DNA of 48,655 nucleotides from Octopus bimaculoides (taxonomy: Eukaryota). Positions 46,771-48,655 of the stretch are shown here, in pieces (position 1 is the first letter of the stretch; each line of letters starts with the position of its first letter). The stretch lies in contig NC_068996.1 in the NCBI RefSeq assembly GCF_001194135.2, forward strand, positions 39,989,056-40,037,710. The letters are read 5' to 3'. The notes under the pieces were generated by a model. That model was not told where the DNA came from. It saw only the letters and a list, made by a program, of their open reading frames with translations, and searched no databases. The translations under genes and the position numbers were made by a program.

Positions 46771-46832
46771 TATATATACACACACACAAGTAAATATGTA
46801 TGTATAAAATCACAATATATATGTTATCAATG

Positions 46833-46891
<59 letters not shown>

Positions 46892-47820
46892 TGAACCTAA
46901 AATTATGGTTAAAATCCCCTGGTCAAATGAACAACTGCTAATTACCTGTATACCTTGTTAGAGGATAGTTGAGTTCCTGCATGGAACAAAAGAAAACAAA
47001 ACAGAGTAAGAGGGTTGGAGAGTGGATGAGTTGTTGTGTGTGTGTGGGGGGCTGTTTGCCAGCCCAGACAATCTGACTGGGAAGAAAGGACTTTTTTTTC
47101 TTTACTTCTCAGCCAGAATCTCCTTGGCCTAGACCATCTCTCACAATAATACCCTAAACCAATTCTACTGCTGACTATCTTTACCTAAAATAAAGCTGAT
47201 GATATCTTAGATTACTGGCAGGAGAGAAAGGAAGAAAGGAACTAGCGAATGGGTGAGGGTGAGAAGAGAGTATGGAGGAGGAGGAGGAGGTGGAGGATGG
47301 AGGAGAAAAAAAGGAAATAAATAAATAAATGAATAAATAAATAAATGAAAATTNNNNNNNNNNNNNNNNNNNNNNNNNNNNNNNNNNNNNNNNNNNNNNN
47401 NNNNNNNNNNNNNNNNNNNNNNNNNNNNNNNNNNNNNNNNNNNNNNNNNNNNNNNNNNNNNNNNNNNNNNNNNNNNNNNNNNNNNNNNNNNNNNNNNNNN
47501 NNNNNNNNNNNNNNNNNNNNNNNNNNNNNNNNNNNNNNNNNNNNNNNNNNNNNNNNNNNNNNNNNNNNNNNNNNNNNNNNNNNNNNNNNNNNNNNNNNNN
47601 NNNNNNNNNNNNNNNNNNNNNNNNNNNNNNNNNNNNNNNNNNNNNNNNNNNNNNNNNNNNNNNNNNNNNNNNNNNNNNNNNNNNNNNNNNNNNNNNNNNN
47701 NNNNNNNNNNNNNNNNNNNNNNNNNNNNNNNNNNNNNNNNNNNNNNNNNNNNNNNNNNNNNNNNNNNNNNNNNNNNNNNNNNNNNNNNNNNNNNNNNNNN
47801 NNNNNNNNNNNNNNNNNNNN

Positions 47821-47896
47821 ATGATGATGATGATAGTGGTGGTAGTGTTTGTGGCTGTGGTGGTGGTAGCTGCAGCAGCAACAACAGTGGTGGTGA

Positions 47897-47929
<33 letters not shown>

Positions 47930-48560
47930 CTGCAGCAACAGTGGGAAAAAGAAAGAGAAAAAGAAGAAACAAACAAACAAAAGGAGAGAAAGAAAGAAAG
48001 AAAGAAAGAAAGATGCAAGGAAAAAAGAGAAAGAAATGGAAGAGGAAAAGAGAAACAAACAAACAAAAGGAAATAATGAAAGAAAGAAGGAAAGAAAGAA
48101 TGAAAGAAAAAAGTAAGAAAGAAAAAGAAAGAAAGAAAAAGAAAGAGAACGAAAGGAAGAAGCAAAGATAGAATGAAGAAAGAAACAGAAATAAATGTAG
48201 GCAGAGTGGAGAAGAAATAAGAAAGAAAAAACAAAACAAAACAAAAAGAAAGAGAAAGAAAGAAAAAAGAAAGAGACAGAAAGAAAGATAGAAAGAAGAA
48301 AGAAAGAGAAAAATGGAGGAGGAGGAGGCGGAGGCGGAGGGGGTGGAGGGAGGAGGAGGAGGAAAAGAAGAAACAAACAAAAAAGGAAAGAAAGAAGAAA
48401 AGAAACAAAGAAGGAAGGAAGGAAAGAAAGAGAAAGAAAAAGAAAAAAGAAGGAAAAATAAATGGAGGAGGAGAAAAACAAGAAACACAAACAAAAAAGA
48501 AAGAAAAAGAAAGGGAGAAAGAATGAAAGAAAGACAGAAAGAAAGAGAAAGAGAAGACAT
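47821..48560. repeat. (GAT)/(GCT)/(AAAG)/(GAG) low-complexity region
   Basis: Directly visible; source of the F/S/L-rich pseudo-ORFs. Confidence 0.9.
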
Positions 48561-48655
48561 TAGAGACTGAAGAGCGAACAATGAAAGGATATGTATGACA
48601 AATGGATTGGCTGAGTGTAGTATTAGGTGCAGAGGTGGATGGGTTGAGCATTCGG

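Overview
Repeat-saturated, gap-rich animal genomic DNA. The SINE, RTE and microsatellite content resembles octopus (coleoid cephalopod); this assignment is inferred from repeat appearance, not from a search. No host protein-coding gene can be supported, and almost all ORFs in the track are microsatellite or N-gap artefacts. Recognisable content: one full-length but dead mariner (127-1410); many tRNA-derived SINEs (working labels A, B/B', G); numerous RTE LINE 3' ends with (GAT)n tails; an RTE-type LINE with a 5' inversion; an L1/Tx1 fragment; piggyBac-, hAT- and foldback-type MITE pieces; and two 110-bp tandem arrays built from the RTE 3' UTR. The most interesting signal is three unrelated repeat families that each carry a minimal type I hammerhead ribozyme (HHR) motif. 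(1) A 325-bp tandem dimer at 14.8-15.35 kb, retrozyme-like. (2) A palindromic element with two divergent tRNA-like heads, each arm ending in an HHR cassette (25.3-25.7 and 26.9-27.3 kb). (3) A ~600-nt unit at 43.7-44.3 kb whose ends coincide with the predicted HHR cleavage site and which holds a 151-codon ORF whose stop codon overlaps that site. All ribozyme calls are by eye and need covariance-model and cleavage tests.
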